Below, piece after piece: positions 22,147 through 33,451 of a stretch of DNA of 64,000 nucleotides. The position numbers were made by a program, and so were the translations under genes. The stretch comes from an uncultured Rivularia sp. (GTDB lineage: Bacteria; Cyanobacteriota; Cyanobacteriia; Cyanobacteriales; Nostocaceae). Location: positions 5,472,001 to 5,536,000 of the forward strand of contig OY762007.1 of assembly GCA_963665115.1 (NCBI GenBank). Reading direction: 5' to 3'. The notes under the pieces are model-generated. The model had not been told where the DNA came from. It was given only the letters and a program-made list of their open reading frames with translations, and did no database searches. Each line of letters opens with the position of its first letter. Position 1 is the stretch's first letter.

Positions 22147-25100
22147 ATGAATAACGAACAGATGAATCAAGACAAAAACATAGCATTTTCAGATACTTTT
22201 TTAGGACAAAAGTGGTTAGTTGAAGAAAGAGACGCTTGCGGGGTAGGTTTCATTGCCCATCGCCAACAGCATGAAAGTCATGAAATTTTGGCGAAAGGAT
22301 TAGTTGCGTTAACCTGTTTGGAACATAGGGGTGGTTGCAGCGCCGATCGAGATTCTGGTGATGGTGCGGGAATATTAAGCGCGATTCCCTGGGAATTGTT
22401 GCAGGGAGATTGGAATGAAAGGGGAAAGGGGACAGCAACCGATAAAAATATCGCTGTAGGGATGTTGTTCTTGCCCCGTGACGAACAAGCTGCTCATACT
22501 GCTCGGGGTATTGTCGAACAGATTGCACTTTCTGAGAATTTGCAGGTGTTAGGATGGCGCGTAGTTCCGGTTGATTCGAGTGTGTTAGGAGTACAAGCCA
22601 AAGAAAATCAGCCGCAAATTGAGCAGATTTTTCTGAAATCAGAAGATGTCACCGGGGATGAGCTAGAAAGAAAGCTTTATATTACGCGCCGTAGAGTTCA
22701 TAAAGCTATTTGCTCTCAACACAGCGAGTGGATGGAAGAGTTTTATGTTTGCTCGCTATCGAGTCGGACGATTATATACAAGGGTATGGTACGTTCGGCG
22801 GTTTTAGGAGATTTTTATCACGATTTAAAGAATCCTGCCTATAAGAGTAGTTTTGTTGTTTACCATCGTCGTTTTAGTACGAATACATTGCCTAAATGGC
22901 CCTTAGCTCAACCGATGCGGCTTTTAGGTCACAATGGAGAAATTAATACTCTGTTAGGTAATATCAACTGGATGAAAGCCAGACAGGCAAGTTTGAGCCA
23001 TCCAGTTTGGAAAGAGCGGTTGGAAGAATTAAAGCCGTTTGTCAGTATGGGAAACAGCGATTCTGCAACCTTAGATAACGTCTTTGAGTTACAGGTGCGT
23101 TCCGGGCGCAGTCCATTGGAAGCTTTGATGATAATGGTTCCGGAAGCTTATGGAGATCAACCTGCTTTAAGTAATTATCCGGAGATTGTAGACTTTTATG
23201 AATACTACAGCGGATTACAAGAAGCTTGGGATGGTCCGGCGCTTTTGGTATTTAGTGATGGTAAGACAGTTGGTGCAGCTTTAGACCGCAACGGCTTAAG
23301 ACCGGCGCGTTACTGTATTACCAATGACGACTACATTGTGGTTGCTTCAGAAGCTGGTGTAGTTGATTTTCCAGAAGAAAATATTATTGAGAAAGGTCGT
23401 TTGGGTCCCGGACAGGCGATCGCCGTGGATTTGCAAAACCATGAAATTCTCAAAAATTGGCAAATCAAGCAGCGGGTTGCGAAAAGTCATCCTTATGGGG
23501 AATGGTTGCGACAGCATCGGAAATCAATTAACAATGAACAATTAACAATTAACAACGGTAATGGTGCGAATGGGAATGGTGTTAATGGTAATGGACATTC
23601 AGCAACTAACAACCATCAACTAACAACCAACAACTCACAACCAACAACTAACCCAATAGATAGAAAAGCTTTACTGCGGAATCAAATGGCTTTTGGCTAT
23701 ACCACAGAAGATGTGGAAATGATCCTTCAGCCAATGGCGATTGATGCTAAAGAGCCGACTTTTTGTATGGGTGATGATATCCCTCTAGCGGTACTTTCAG
23801 GAAAACCACATTTACTATATGACTATTTCAAACAGCGGTTTGCTCAAGTAACAAATCCACCTATCGATCCTTTACGGGAAAAATTGGTGATGTCGTTAAA
23901 GGTGGAATTAGGCGCAAGAGGTAATTTACTCGATCCTAAACCCGAATATGCTCGCCGGTTTAAGTTGGAATCGCCCGTATTAACTGAGGCTCAGTTACAA
24001 GAAATCCAAAAGTCGGATTTCAATACGGTTGAATTATCGACGGTGTTTCCAATTGAGAGCGGAAGGGAAGGATTAAAAGCGGCTGTGGAATCTTTGCAAA
24101 AGCAAGCTGTGGAAGCAGTACGCAATGGTGCAAAGATTTTGGTATTGAGCGATAAAGTTGCTCCGAATTCCCAGGAGTGGGAAGACTATGGAGCGATAAA
24201 CGCAGAAAATACTTATATTCCTCCTTTGTTGGCTGTCGGTGCGGTTCACCACCATTTAATCCACGAAGGATTGCGAATGAATACTTCTTTGGTGATGAAT
24301 ACCGCTCAATGTTGGAGTACTCATCATTTCGCTTGTTTGATTGGTTTCGGTGCGGCTGCAATTTGTCCTTACATGGCTTTGGAAACTTTGCGTAACTGGT
24401 GGTTCGATCCTAAAACACAGCAGTTTATGGAGCGCGGTAAAATTGAGAAAGTCAGTTTGGAGCAATCATTAGCTAATTACACCAAAGCTGTAGAAAACGG
24501 TTTGCTGAAAATCCTTTCTAAAATGGGAATTTCGCTGTTAACAAGTTACCAAGGAGCGCAAATTTTTGAAGCTATTGGTATTGGTAGAGATTTATTAGAT
24601 TTAGGATTTTACGGTACTACTTCCCGGATTGGTGGAATTAATCTTAGCGAATTGCAATCAGAAGTTTTATCTATCCACTGCAAAGCCTTCCCCGAATTAA
24701 GCGGTAAAAAATTAGAAAATTTAGGTTTCGTCCAGTATCGTCGCGGTGGCGAATACCATATGAACAGCCCGGAAATAGCGAAAGCGCTGCACCAGGCTGT
24801 AGAAAGTAAAAATCACGACCACTACGAAGTTTACCAGAAGCATTTGCAAGGTAGACCGATTACCGCACTACGCGATTTGCTCGACTTCCAAAGCGATAGA
24901 GAGGCGATTTCGATTGAAGAAGTAGAGCCTGTCAGCGAAATAGCTAAGCGCTTCTGTACTGGGGGAATGTCACTAGGAGCATTGTCACGGGAAGCACACG
25001 AAACATTGGCGATCGCCATGAATCGGCTTGGCGGTAAGTCGAATTCTGGGGAAGGTGGTGAAGATCCGGTGCGTTTCAAAACTTTAAATGATGTTAATGA

Positions 25101-26892
25101 AACGGGTAATTCGGCAACTTTACCTCATCTAAATGGTTTGCGTAACGGCGATACTGCTTCGAGTGCTATCAAGCAAGTTGCGTCTGGACGCTTCGGTGTA
25201 ACTCCACAGTACCTGATGAGCGCCAAACAAATTGAAATCAAGATGGCTCAAGGTGCGAAACCCGGAGAAGGGGGACAGTTACCAGGTAGAAAAGTTAGTG
25301 AATATATTGCTGGTTTAAGACGTTCCAAACCTGGAGTAACTTTAATTTCTCCACCACCGCACCACGACATCTATTCGATTGAAGACTTAGCGCAGTTAAT
25401 TTTTGATTTACATCAAATTAATCCCAAAGCTCAAGTTTCGGTGAAACTGGTATCAGAAATCGGTATCGGAACCATTGCTGCGGGTGTAGCCAAAGCTAAT
25501 GCCGATATTATCCAAATTTCCGGTCATGATGGCGGTACGGGTGCATCACCTCTAAGTTCTATTAAACACGCCGGTTCTCCCTGGGAACTTGGTTTAAGTG
25601 AAGTACATCGAGTTTTGATGGAAAATAGCCTGCGCGACAGAGTAATTTTGCGCGTAGACGGCGGTTTAAAGAGCGGTTGGGACATTTTGATGGGAGCAAT
25701 GATGGGAGCCGAAGAATTTGGTTTTGGTTCCATTGCCATGATTGCCGAAGGTTGTATTATGGCGCGGATATGTCATACAAATAACTGTCCTGTAGGTGTT
25801 GCTTCGCAGAAGGAAGAATTGCGAAAACGCTTCCCCGGCACTCCCGAAAAAGTTGTTAATTTCTTCTACTTTATTGCTGAAGAAGTACGCAGTCTGTTAG
25901 CAAGATTTGGTTATCGAAGCCTATCAGAAGTAATCGGACGTGCTGACTTGATGAAAATGCGTGAAGGTGTGGAATTAACTAAGACACGAGCATTAAATCT
26001 TGACTGCTTGTTGAAATTACCCGATACCAAAGAAAATCGTAGCTGGCTGCAACACGAAATAGTTCACAGTAATGGTGCGGTACTCGATGATGATTTATTA
26101 GCGGATGCTGAAATTCAAAAAGCTATTAACGAGCATTCTTTGATAAATAAGACAGTTAATGGGGTTAACACGGATAGAACCATAGGTTCGCGGATTTCTG
26201 GGGTAATTGCATCTAAATACGGCGACACTGGTTTCCAAGGTCAAATTAACCTTAACTTTAAAGGAAGCGTCGGACAAAGCTTTGGTGCTTTTCTCCTCAA
26301 CGGAATGAAGCTGACATTGATGGGAGAAGCCAACGATTACGTCGGTAAAGGAATGAATGGTGGCGAAATTATTATTAAACCATCCAGTATGGCAACCTAC
26401 GAACCATCAGAAAACACCATAATCGGTAATACCTGCCTTTACGGTGCAACTGGGGGAATGTTATTTGCTACAGGTAAAGCTGGCGAACGTTTTGGGGTGC
26501 GTAACTCTAAAGGTACGGCAGTAATTGAAGGAGCCGGGGATCATTGTTGCGAATACATGACTGGCGGTGTAATTGTAGTCTTAGGTCAAGTTGGGCGTAA
26601 CGTTGGTGCTGGAATGACTGGTGGATTGGGATATTTTCTAGATGAAGATGGTAATTTCCCCGAACTAATTAATCCGGAAATCGTGAATATCCAACGAGTT
26701 GTAACGGATGGAGGAGAAAAGCAACTTAAAGATTTGATCGCCGCTCATTTTGAACGTACCGAATCGGCTAAAGCGAAAATGATTCTAGATAACTGGCAAG
26801 AATTTCTACCAAAATTCTGGCAAGTGGTACCGCCTTCTGAAGCTGATTCTGCTCAAGCCAATTCTGAAGAAAAGCAGTTGAGTAAGGTTTGA
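22147..26892 (+). CDS. glsF: ferredoxin-dependent glutamate synthase (Fd-GOGAT)
   Basis: ERDA/CGVGF Ntn cleavage site, HRRFSTNT, the [13 protein letters not shown] 3Fe-4S motif and a GXGXG C-terminal domain; no adjacent gltD. Confidence 0.95.
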   Translation: MNNEQMNQDKNIAFSDTFLGQKWLVEERDACGVGFIAHRQQHESHEILAKGLVALTCLEHRGGCSADRDSGDGAGILSAIPWELLQGDWNERGKGTATDKNIAVGMLFLPRDEQAAHTARGIVEQIALSENLQVLGWRVVPVDSSVLGVQAKENQPQIEQIFLKSEDVTGDELERKLYITRRRVHKAICSQHSEWMEEFYVCSLSSRTIIYKGMVRSAVLGDFYHDLKNPAYKSSFVVYHRRFSTNTLPKWPLAQPMRLLGHNGEINTLLGNINWMKARQASLSHPVWKERLEELKPFVSMGNSDSATLDNVFELQVRSGRSPLEALMIMVPEAYGDQPALSNYPEIVDFYEYYSGLQEAWDGPALLVFSDGKTVGAALDRNGLRPARYCITNDDYIVVASEAGVVDFPEENIIEKGRLGPGQAIAVDLQNHEILKNWQIKQRVAKSHPYGEWLRQHRKSINNEQLTINNGNGANGNGVNGNGHSATNNHQLTTNNSQPTTNPIDRKALLRNQMAFGYTTEDVEMILQPMAIDAKEPTFCMGDDIPLAVLSGKPHLLYDYFKQRFAQVTNPPIDPLREKLVMSLKVELGARGNLLDPKPEYARRFKLESPVLTEAQLQEIQKSDFNTVELSTVFPIESGREGLKAAVESLQKQAVEAVRNGAKILVLSDKVAPNSQEWEDYGAINAENTYIPPLLAVGAVHHHLIHEGLRMNTSLVMNTAQCWSTHHFACLIGFGAAAICPYMALETLRNWWFDPKTQQFMERGKIEKVSLEQSLANYTKAVENGLLKILSKMGISLLTSYQGAQIFEAIGIGRDLLDLGFYGTTSRIGGINLSELQSEVLSIHCKAFPELSGKKLENLGFVQYRRGGEYHMNSPEIAKALHQAVESKNHDHYEVYQKHLQGRPITALRDLLDFQSDREAISIEEVEPVSEIAKRFCTGGMSLGALSREAHETLAIAMNRLGGKSNSGEGGEDPVRFKTLNDVNETGNSATLPHLNGLRNGDTASSAIKQVASGRFGVTPQYLMSAKQIEIKMAQGAKPGEGGQLPGRKVSEYIAGLRRSKPGVTLISPPPHHDIYSIEDLAQLIFDLHQINPKAQVSVKLVSEIGIGTIAAGVAKANADIIQISGHDGGTGASPLSSIKHAGSPWELGLSEVHRVLMENSLRDRVILRVDGGLKSGWDILMGAMMGAEEFGFGSIAMIAEGCIMARICHTNNCPVGVASQKEELRKRFPGTPEKVVNFFYFIAEEVRSLLARFGYRSLSEVIGRADLMKMREGVELTKTRALNLDCLLKLPDTKENRSWLQHEIVHSNGAVLDDDLLADAEIQKAINEHSLINKTVNGVNTDRTIGSRISGVIASKYGDTGFQGQINLNFKGSVGQSFGAFLLNGMKLTLMGEANDYVGKGMNGGEIIIKPSSMATYEPSENTIIGNTCLYGATGGMLFATGKAGERFGVRNSKGTAVIEGAGDHCCEYMTGGVIVVLGQVGRNVGAGMTGGLGYFLDEDGNFPELINPEIVNIQRVVTDGGEKQLKDLIAAHFERTESAKAKMILDNWQEFLPKFWQVVPPSEADSAQANSEEKQLSKV

Positions 26893-26896
26893 TTGC

Positions 26897-26938
26897 TAGT
26901 GGTTAGTTGTTAGTTGTTAGTTGTTAGTTGTTAGTTGT
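26897..26938. repeat. STRR array (TAGTTGT)n
   Basis: About six tandem heptamers after the glsF stop codon. Confidence 0.85.
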
Positions 26939-27057
26939 CTGTCTCATTAATTTTGCTTTTGTTAATGGAGTGCGAGCATCTTGCTCGCTGGTCGTAGCTA
27001 GCGAGCAAGATGCTCGCACTACGCAAACCCGTCAGAATTAATGTGGTTGACTACTAG
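26931..27057. mobile_element. MITE-like element carrying an inverted REP doublet
   Basis: Imperfect terminal inverted repeats (TAGTTGTCTGTCTCATTAATTTTG / CAGAATTAATGTGGTTGACTACTAG); the core at 26967-27022 is near-identical to 50720-50772. Confidence 0.7.
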
Positions 27058-27082
27058 TAGTTTGTTTGATTAATTTAAAATT

Positions 27083-27118
27083 AATAAGGGTACGGCGAAT
27101 ATTGCCGTACCCTTTATT
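27083..27118. terminator. bidirectional terminator-like hairpin between convergent glsF and deacetylase genes
   Basis: AAGGGTACGGCG AATA TTGCCGTACCCTT with A/T-rich flanks. Confidence 0.7.
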
Positions 27119-27223
27119 TATTAGCCATGAACACTTAATTATGTATGTGAAAATCAATTAATAGGGATTCTAACTTAGGCATTGATCGGAGGTTAATAGC
27201 AACTAACCACTAACAACTAACAA

Positions 27224-28177
27224 CTACTTCTTATTTTGCGCCGTTACCGTCGTCTTTTTCTGCTTCTCTTCATGTTCGAGCAATTCTGGAATAGTTACAA
27301 AACGATAACCTTTCTTTTTCAACTTGCTTATCATTGTTGGTAAAGCAGCAACGGTGTTTTTGCGAGGGCCACCACCATCATGCAACAGCACAATACCACC
27401 GGGGCTTGCTTGTCTTACAACTCGGTTTACCAAAACAGGAGGTGAAGGAAGTGCATAATCAATGGAATCAGCAGACCACATGATTACGGTATAATCTTTA
27501 CTTTTTGCATAGTCTGCTAAACCATTATGCAACATTCCACCGGGAGGGCGAAATAAAGTAGTTTTGGTTCCCGTAGTTTTATAAATTAAGTCTGAAGTAC
27601 GGTCAATTTCTAAAGCTGCGGCTTTTTTATTGAAAAAATGGTACCAATGATTCCAAGTGTGATTGCCGATAATATGCCCTTCAGCTACTATTCGCTTTCC
27701 TAAATCGGGATAGTTATTCAGTACTTGTCCGACAACAAAAAACGTCGCCTTAATCTTATTTTTTTTCAGTATTTCCAATATCTGGGCAGTATATCCCGGC
27801 CAAGGGCCATCATCAAAGGTTAGAGCAATTAATTTATCGTTTGCACCAAGTTTTGCTTGCTTTAATGTTTTGCCACGAAAGCTTTTTGGCACTGTATGGA
27901 AGACACCTTTAGATATTGCTTCCTGTTCCCAGGAAGCAAGCATGGCACCTTTAAAATCTTTAATGCTAGATAGCGAAACAGATGTAGCTTTAATATCTTC
28001 GCTTTTTACTTGCTGCCTACTAGTTGCATTGGTAGCATCCCGATTAATAGGCAACAAAAATCCAAGCGCAAAACTACCACATAAGGCGGTAAGGGCGATT
28101 AATATTCCTTGAGGTAAACCTAACGACTTCTTATTTTCCACTACACACGGCTCCTTCATGACCAAACCGTCATTCAC
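27224..28177 (-). CDS. polysaccharide deacetylase (NodB/CE4), membrane-anchored
   Basis: TFDDGP, GNHTWNH, FRPPGG and LLHDGG motifs plus an N-terminal hydrophobic helix. Confidence 0.95.
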   Translation of the reverse strand: MNDGLVMKEPCVVENKKSLGLPQGILIALTALCGSFALGFLLPINRDATNATSRQQVKSEDIKATSVSLSSIKDFKGAMLASWEQEAISKGVFHTVPKSFRGKTLKQAKLGANDKLIALTFDDGPWPGYTAQILEILKKNKIKATFFVVGQVLNNYPDLGKRIVAEGHIIGNHTWNHWYHFFNKKAAALEIDRTSDLIYKTTGTKTTLFRPPGGMLHNGLADYAKSKDYTVIMWSADSIDYALPSPPVLVNRVVRQASPGGIVLLHDGGGPRKNTVAALPTMISKLKKKGYRFVTIPELLEHEEKQKKTTVTAQNKK

Positions 28178-29060
28178 GGATATGACGGTAAGTTATAACA
28201 CAATTCCTCTATTTCCTTGCTACCCGATTAATCTCTAATAATCCTGAAAAATTAAACTTATTGTTAACAAAAGTTCGCCTTTAGAGGCAGACGGATTTTG
28301 CTAACTCATGTCTAAATTTAAGATTTAATTAACGAAAATTTTCTACAGCTAACAATAAGCAGATACACTATACATTGAGTATAAGTTTCACCATTCGTCT
28401 GATTCATTTTACCTTTCAGGAATAATTTGTCCATTAAACAAAAGGTCAAACTTTTTACCAGATAATGCTCACTTCGTAAACTCAGCATTCCCACAAGACG
28501 TTTAGCGAGATAATTTGGTTTCACATAGCTAGAAGATATGCGATTAGTCCAATATAGATGCTTGCAAAGTCATTTATGCTTAAAGTTTTTATTATTTGCA
28601 GCAATTATATAAAATACATAAGTATTATTTGTTTATACTTTCAACCGATAGATTATCTACTGGTATCGAAAGATAAGAAGTAATTATTTGATACATTTAC
28701 AAATAGTAATATAAAGTCATAGTTGTAACATATAAATAATGACAAATACCTGTGTCAATGCAGACAGTAAAAACACTGAAATTATCAATATAGAAAGATA
28801 TCTCTATAGAATTGCGTTTTTATATAAGCTCATTTAAGCATTTTAAAGTCAGTATTCTTGTAATGCAAAGTACATATAAGATTTTATTTCTCAAAAGAAT
28901 TTAATGCGATCGCGCATTGTGGCGGTATCAGTATTATTGATAGATATATAACTTCTAATAACAGGATTATATTAATGTTGTTAATTTAATGTCTGTTAGC
29001 GCAGCTCGATCTTCAGGTTATGGTTTATTAACAAGCTATATCCGTATGTTTAGTAACCTG

Positions 29061-29171
29061 CTAGTACCGCTGCGCGGAAGTAAAAAGTCAAAAGTAAGAA
29101 GTAAAAAGTATTATGTGATAAGGCTTTCAAACTTTTTAAATGGGTGCTTTATTTACGCCGTACTGTACTAG
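29061..29171. mobile_element. MITE-like element with CTAGTAC...GTACTAG ends and internal (AAAAGTM)n heptamers
   Basis: Terminal inverted repeats CTAGTACCGCTGCGCGGAA / TTTACGCCGTACTGTACTAG. Confidence 0.65.
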
Positions 29172-29248
29172 ATAGAAACACTGCGGAAAGTATACAACAA
29201 AACATCGCTTTTGATAAGCAAGTTAAATATTTATTTATAGTTAGACTT

Positions 29249-30508
29249 TTACGCAACCCACTGATTTTGGGCAAACTGTACAGCCAAACTAGCTAGTATA
29301 ACTGCGAAAAATCCCAAAATGGCATATCCCCAGTTGCGATCGCGATTTAAAAATAATCCCAGCGCAAAGGACAAAGAAACAATACCGTAAGCGTAGCGCT
29401 CCACAGAAGCCGTAAGTCCGGTATTAAGTATTAAAGCGTATGAAAAGAAACCGTAAACAGCAGCAGTTAAAGGAATTTTGGCTCGCGAATGCCATAACAA
29501 ATAAAGTCCACCAAAGATGATGACTATTTTAACTAAAGGAATTTTTCCAAATGGATTTCCTGCTGTTGCCCATAACGGTTCACCTATACCCAACCATAAC
29601 AATAACCATGAAAAATAAAATAGACCGCGCAACTTCAGATCGACTAATTGTTGACGAAAGCGCCATAGTAAAAAACCAATGACAATAATTAATCCAAATA
29701 ATAACGGAGAACCTAGAACAATTTGCGTTAGCATATTCCACCAACCTTGCCAAGCAAATCCTGTGGAATCTCGCCAACCTTTTTGAACGTGGACAAATGC
29801 TAAAGCGTCGCCAAATTTAATTAGACAATACAAACTAAATAGAATTGCACCAATACCAACAGCCAAACTAGAAAGATAAGCTTTTACCCCCCTACGTTGT
29901 TTCCAGGCAACAAATAAAAAAGCTGGAATCAACATAACTCCAGTGATTCTGGTTGCTGTAGATAAAATTCCCCAAATCGCTGCCCATAAATGCTGTTTTT
30001 TCTCAAAAGCACGTAAAGCAGCAGTACTAAATAATAAGAATAATCCTTCAGTATAAATAACGCTTCCGTAAAGAGAATAAGGACACCAAGCTAAAGCAGC
30101 AGTACACCAGCGAGCAGCACTACTACCATGACTTTCTTTTACCCAATAATATAAAACAATTAAAGCACCTAAAAACGCGGCATTATTTATTAAGCTGGCT
30201 GCCATTTGAAAAGGCAAGCCGAAGTACATAATTGTACGAGTTAAGAAAGGTAAAAGTGGAAAAAAAGCTACAGAATATTGTTTGCCATCATTAATAAATT
30301 CGTAACCAACAACTACAATTCGGTGATACCAGATGCTATCCCATGCGTAGAAAACATCCCAGCCAAAAGTAGGAGCTGGAGCATTTTCGGCAATAGGAAG
30401 TGAAGGAGCAATTAACAACATTGCCACAATTATTACTATTCTGCTCAACAGCCACATTGCTGTAGCAAAAAAGAAACCATGATCTAAAATATTTTTAGAT
30501 TGAGCCAT
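29249..30508 (-). CDS. GT-C fold membrane glycosyltransferase, PIG-V/mannosyltransferase-like (paralog 1)
   Basis: Polytopic, with WDSIWY in the first outer loop and AFFPL and YTEGLF motifs; likely start MAQSK at 30508. Confidence 0.85.
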   Translation of the reverse strand: MAQSKNILDHGFFFATAMWLLSRIVIIVAMLLIAPSLPIAENAPAPTFGWDVFYAWDSIWYHRIVVVGYEFINDGKQYSVAFFPLLPFLTRTIMYFGLPFQMAASLINNAAFLGALIVLYYWVKESHGSSAARWCTAALAWCPYSLYGSVIYTEGLFLLFSTAALRAFEKKQHLWAAIWGILSTATRITGVMLIPAFLFVAWKQRRGVKAYLSSLAVGIGAILFSLYCLIKFGDALAFVHVQKGWRDSTGFAWQGWWNMLTQIVLGSPLLFGLIIVIGFLLWRFRQQLVDLKLRGLFYFSWLLLWLGIGEPLWATAGNPFGKIPLVKIVIIFGGLYLLWHSRAKIPLTAAVYGFFSYALILNTGLTASVERYAYGIVSLSFALGLFLNRDRNWGYAILGFFAVILASLAVQFAQNQWVA

Positions 30509-30733
30509 TCGATTTTGGATTTGCAATTTAGGGTTTTAAATAAAGATTTATTTGATTACAGTATTTTAAATTATCACCTGCTTAAAATCTAGGAGCTTGC
30601 GGAGGTTTCACTAAATTTATGGCTCTGTTTTATTCAATTTACTATTTAATTTATAAAATTTGCGAAGCTAGCATTTTTAATTTTCTTCTTATTCTCTACT
30701 CGCTACTCTCTACTCCCTACTCACTAATTTTTC

Positions 30734-31103
30734 TTACTTCTGCCAAACAACCAAAATAACTCCACAAACAATCAAACTTAAACCAGCAAGACGCATCAAA
30801 GGAATAGATTCTTTAAAAACGAAGTAGCCTAGCAATACTGAAAAAACGTAAACCAAAGAAGCCGATGGCCCCAGCAACACTTAAATTGACTCTAGTTAAT
30901 AGAAGAATATAAACAACAGCACCCACACCATAACAAGCCAAACCCATTAATAGTTCCGGAGTAGTAATAATTCCTAAAACTTGTTGTAGAGCATTTGTTG
31001 CATCAACTCTCCCTAACTTTCCCGCACCTATTTTTAAAAATAATTGTCCCGTTACGCTTGCAGAAACCGACAAAAGCAGCAAACAAAATTCTTGCCAAGA
31101 CAT
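30734..31103 (-). CDS. EamA/SMR-like four-helix transporter (ArnE/ArnF-like flippase candidate); +1 frameshift at 30869-30872, probably a sequence error
   Basis: MSWQEF...GQLFLKIGA...NLSVAG continues in the shifted frame as PSASLVYVFSVLLGYFVFKESIPLMRLAGLSLIVCGVILVVWQK*. Confidence 0.85.
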
Positions 31104-31145
31104 ATAAATTTTGGATTTTATATTTGAGATAAATATTGGGGTTGG

Positions 31146-31276
31146 GGCATAGGGCATAGGGCATAGGGCATTAGGCATGGGGAACAGTAAACAGTTATCA
31201 ATTATCATATTACTAACTATTTCTGATTCCAATCCCCAATTACCAATTACCAATTACCAATTACCAATTACCAATT
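31146..31276. repeat. STRR arrays (GGGCATA)n and (CCAATTA)n
   Basis: Tandem heptamers between the GT2 and EamA genes. Confidence 0.85.
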
Positions 31277-31277
31277 C

Positions 31278-32237
31278 CTAACTCTTAACTTTCTTCCTAT
31301 TCGTAACTCCTCTCATTTCTTTTACAGTGTAAATTGGTCGTCCTTTAACTTCTTCGTAAATACGACCAATATATTCGCCTAAAATACCTATACAAAATAG
31401 CTGCACCGAACCTAAGAAAAACAGTGCAATTGTAATTAAGGTGTAGCCAATTAAAGGAGAAGCAGGGTCAAATAAACGCCAATATAAAACCAAAAATATC
31501 ATTAACAAAGCTGCTACTGCTGAAAGCATTCCTAAATAAGTAGCCAGTTTTAGAGGAACTCTTGAAAAGGAAATAATTCCATTAATAGCTAATGCCCAAG
31601 ATTTAGCAAAAGAATACTTTACTTTACCAGCGAAACGCGGATCTCTTTCAAATGGGATTGCTGTTTGCCGAAAACCAACCCAAGCTCGCAAACCGCGTAT
31701 ATAACGATTGCGTTCGGGCATGGCATTTAAAATATCAACTATCTCCCTATCCATCAAGCAGAAATCACCAGTATCTGGAGGTATATTTACATCAGCTAAA
31801 CGCCTTAAAATGCGATAAAAAGCATAGGCTGTAAATCGTTTTAATGCACTTTCTTTTTTACGAGAAAGACGTTGGGCATAAACTACTTGATAGCCTTGTC
31901 GCCATTTTTCAATCATTGGCAAAACTAGTTCTGGCGGATCTTGTAAATCGGCATCCATTACAATTACAGCTTCACCTTTAACATTATTTAAACCAGCAGT
32001 TACAGCTATTTGATGACCAAAGTTACGAGCTAAACTGATGTATTTAACACGATAATCGCGTTCGTAAATTTGACGCATTAAATTCAAAGAATTATCCCGA
32101 CTACCATCGTCGATAAAAATTACTTCTGCCTCACCATCAACTTGCTCAATAACACTTTGCAAGCGATGGTAAAGTTCGGGAATATTTTCTTCCTCGTTAT
32201 AAATTGGGATAATTATAGAAACTGTTGGTTGAGTCAT
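31278..32237 (-). CDS. GT2 glycosyltransferase, GtrB/ArnC-like polyprenyl-phosphate glycosyltransferase
   Basis: [22 protein letters not shown] and GDFCLMD motifs, two C-terminal TM helices and GEYIGRIY. Confidence 0.93.
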   Translation of the reverse strand: MTQPTVSIIIPIYNEEENIPELYHRLQSVIEQVDGEAEVIFIDDGSRDNSLNLMRQIYERDYRVKYISLARNFGHQIAVTAGLNNVKGEAVIVMDADLQDPPELVLPMIEKWRQGYQVVYAQRLSRKKESALKRFTAYAFYRILRRLADVNIPPDTGDFCLMDREIVDILNAMPERNRYIRGLRAWVGFRQTAIPFERDPRFAGKVKYSFAKSWALAINGIISFSRVPLKLATYLGMLSAVAALLMIFLVLYWRLFDPASPLIGYTLITIALFFLGSVQLFCIGILGEYIGRIYEEVKGRPIYTVKEMRGVTNRKKVKS

Positions 32238-32268
32238 CTTGAGTCAATTATCAATTACCAATTATCAA

Positions 32269-33012
32269 TTATCGGTTTGGTTTTTGTGCTAAGAGTAAAA
32301 CCGATACGCCGAATGGTAGTGAAAGTCTATTCATAAAGTAACGTTCGCTGGCAAATAACCATTTTAAAATTTGATTAACTGGTTTTGATGGTACTACTAA
32401 ATCGCTGCTGAGTTGATTTGTGTTCTGTTTTGGTAACAGTTTGGCTAAAATACGCACTATTGCAACTAGGGGAAATAAAACAGTATTAAAATAACTACCG
32501 TAATTTAGTTCATAGCCTGCTTGTTTTACTACCTTTTTCAAACTTTTTAATCGATAGCGGCGCTTATGATGGTTTATTTCATCGTGTTCGCTCCATAAAA
32601 ACATATATGCTGGAACTGTTACTAATAAATAACCTCCTGGCTTCAGTTTATAATACAAAGCTTCGAGTGCTGATAAATCATTATCAAGATGTTCTATGAC
32701 ATCCAGTATTAAGATTAAGTCATACTGCGAATTGAAAGGAATATTATCGGGTAAACTACCTCGTTTAACTTGAGTTACTTGTCGTTGATTGGCAAGCTCA
32801 CAAGCAATTTGATCTAATTCCATTGCCGAAACTTTACCGTAACGAGATAACATTTGTAAGTTACCACCAGTACCGCAACCTGCTTCTAAGATTTGAGCAT
32901 TTGTTGGTAAACTTAATCTACAAATTACTTTTTGCAATATTTGACGACGTGCTACAAACCACCAGTGTTTATCTTCTACAGATGCGTATTGTAGGTAAAA
33001 ATCTTTTTCCAT
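32269..33012 (-). CDS. class I SAM-dependent methyltransferase
   Basis: EDKHWWF, LEAGCGTG, DVIEH, LKPGG and HKRRY motifs. Confidence 0.92.
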   Translation of the reverse strand: MEKDFYLQYASVEDKHWWFVARRQILQKVICRLSLPTNAQILEAGCGTGGNLQMLSRYGKVSAMELDQIACELANQRQVTQVKRGSLPDNIPFNSQYDLILILDVIEHLDNDLSALEALYYKLKPGGYLLVTVPAYMFLWSEHDEINHHKRRYRLKSLKKVVKQAGYELNYGSYFNTVLFPLVAIVRILAKLLPKQNTNQLSSDLVVPSKPVNQILKWLFASERYFMNRLSLPFGVSVLLLAQKPNR

Positions 33013-33174
33013 AAGTTTTTATAGAAATTAGGGAGTAGGGAGTAGGCTATAGGGAAGAGGGAATGGAGAATGGGGAATTATCGCGATTGCAAATAAAACA
33101 CAGATGGTTTGTATTGCGTTAACTTAGTGCAAGCATCTTGCGAGCAAGTAGCAAGCGAGTAATATATACCGCTT

Positions 33175-33390
33175 CATCTTGCACCATTCTCCTTAAGCTT
33201 TCACAACCACCTTGTAAGCCGGAGGCTTTCTAGCCCGCACGCTCCGCGTGAACGCAGAGAAATTAATTTCAAGGCTAATATACAAAGTACGTTAAAACGT
33301 ACTGGAACCTTTACCTAATCTGATTTATCAGACTTAGTTTTTGAGCCTGGGAATTTATTCCAAGGCGGTTATTGCAACTGGTGCAAAATG
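33175..33390. mobile_element. MITE-like element (~216 bp)
   Basis: 12-bp terminal inverted repeats CATCTTGCACCA / TGGTGCAAAATG (one mismatch), internal palindromes and an embedded 20-nt dispersed repeat. Confidence 0.65.
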
Positions 33391-33451
33391 TCAGTTAAAA
33401 CGTACTAAAAGCCTATGGCTTACGCTAAGCTGCGCTAACGCACTATGGAAA

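Noticed and set aside
23525..23652. Intein in glutamate synthase
   Set aside because: Too short, low complexity, and lacks the C/S...HN splice motifs
31104..31253. N-terminal extension of the EamA ORF (MVIGNWGLE...MPNALCPMPYAP)
   Set aside because: Translated STRR heptamers; the real start is probably ATG 31103
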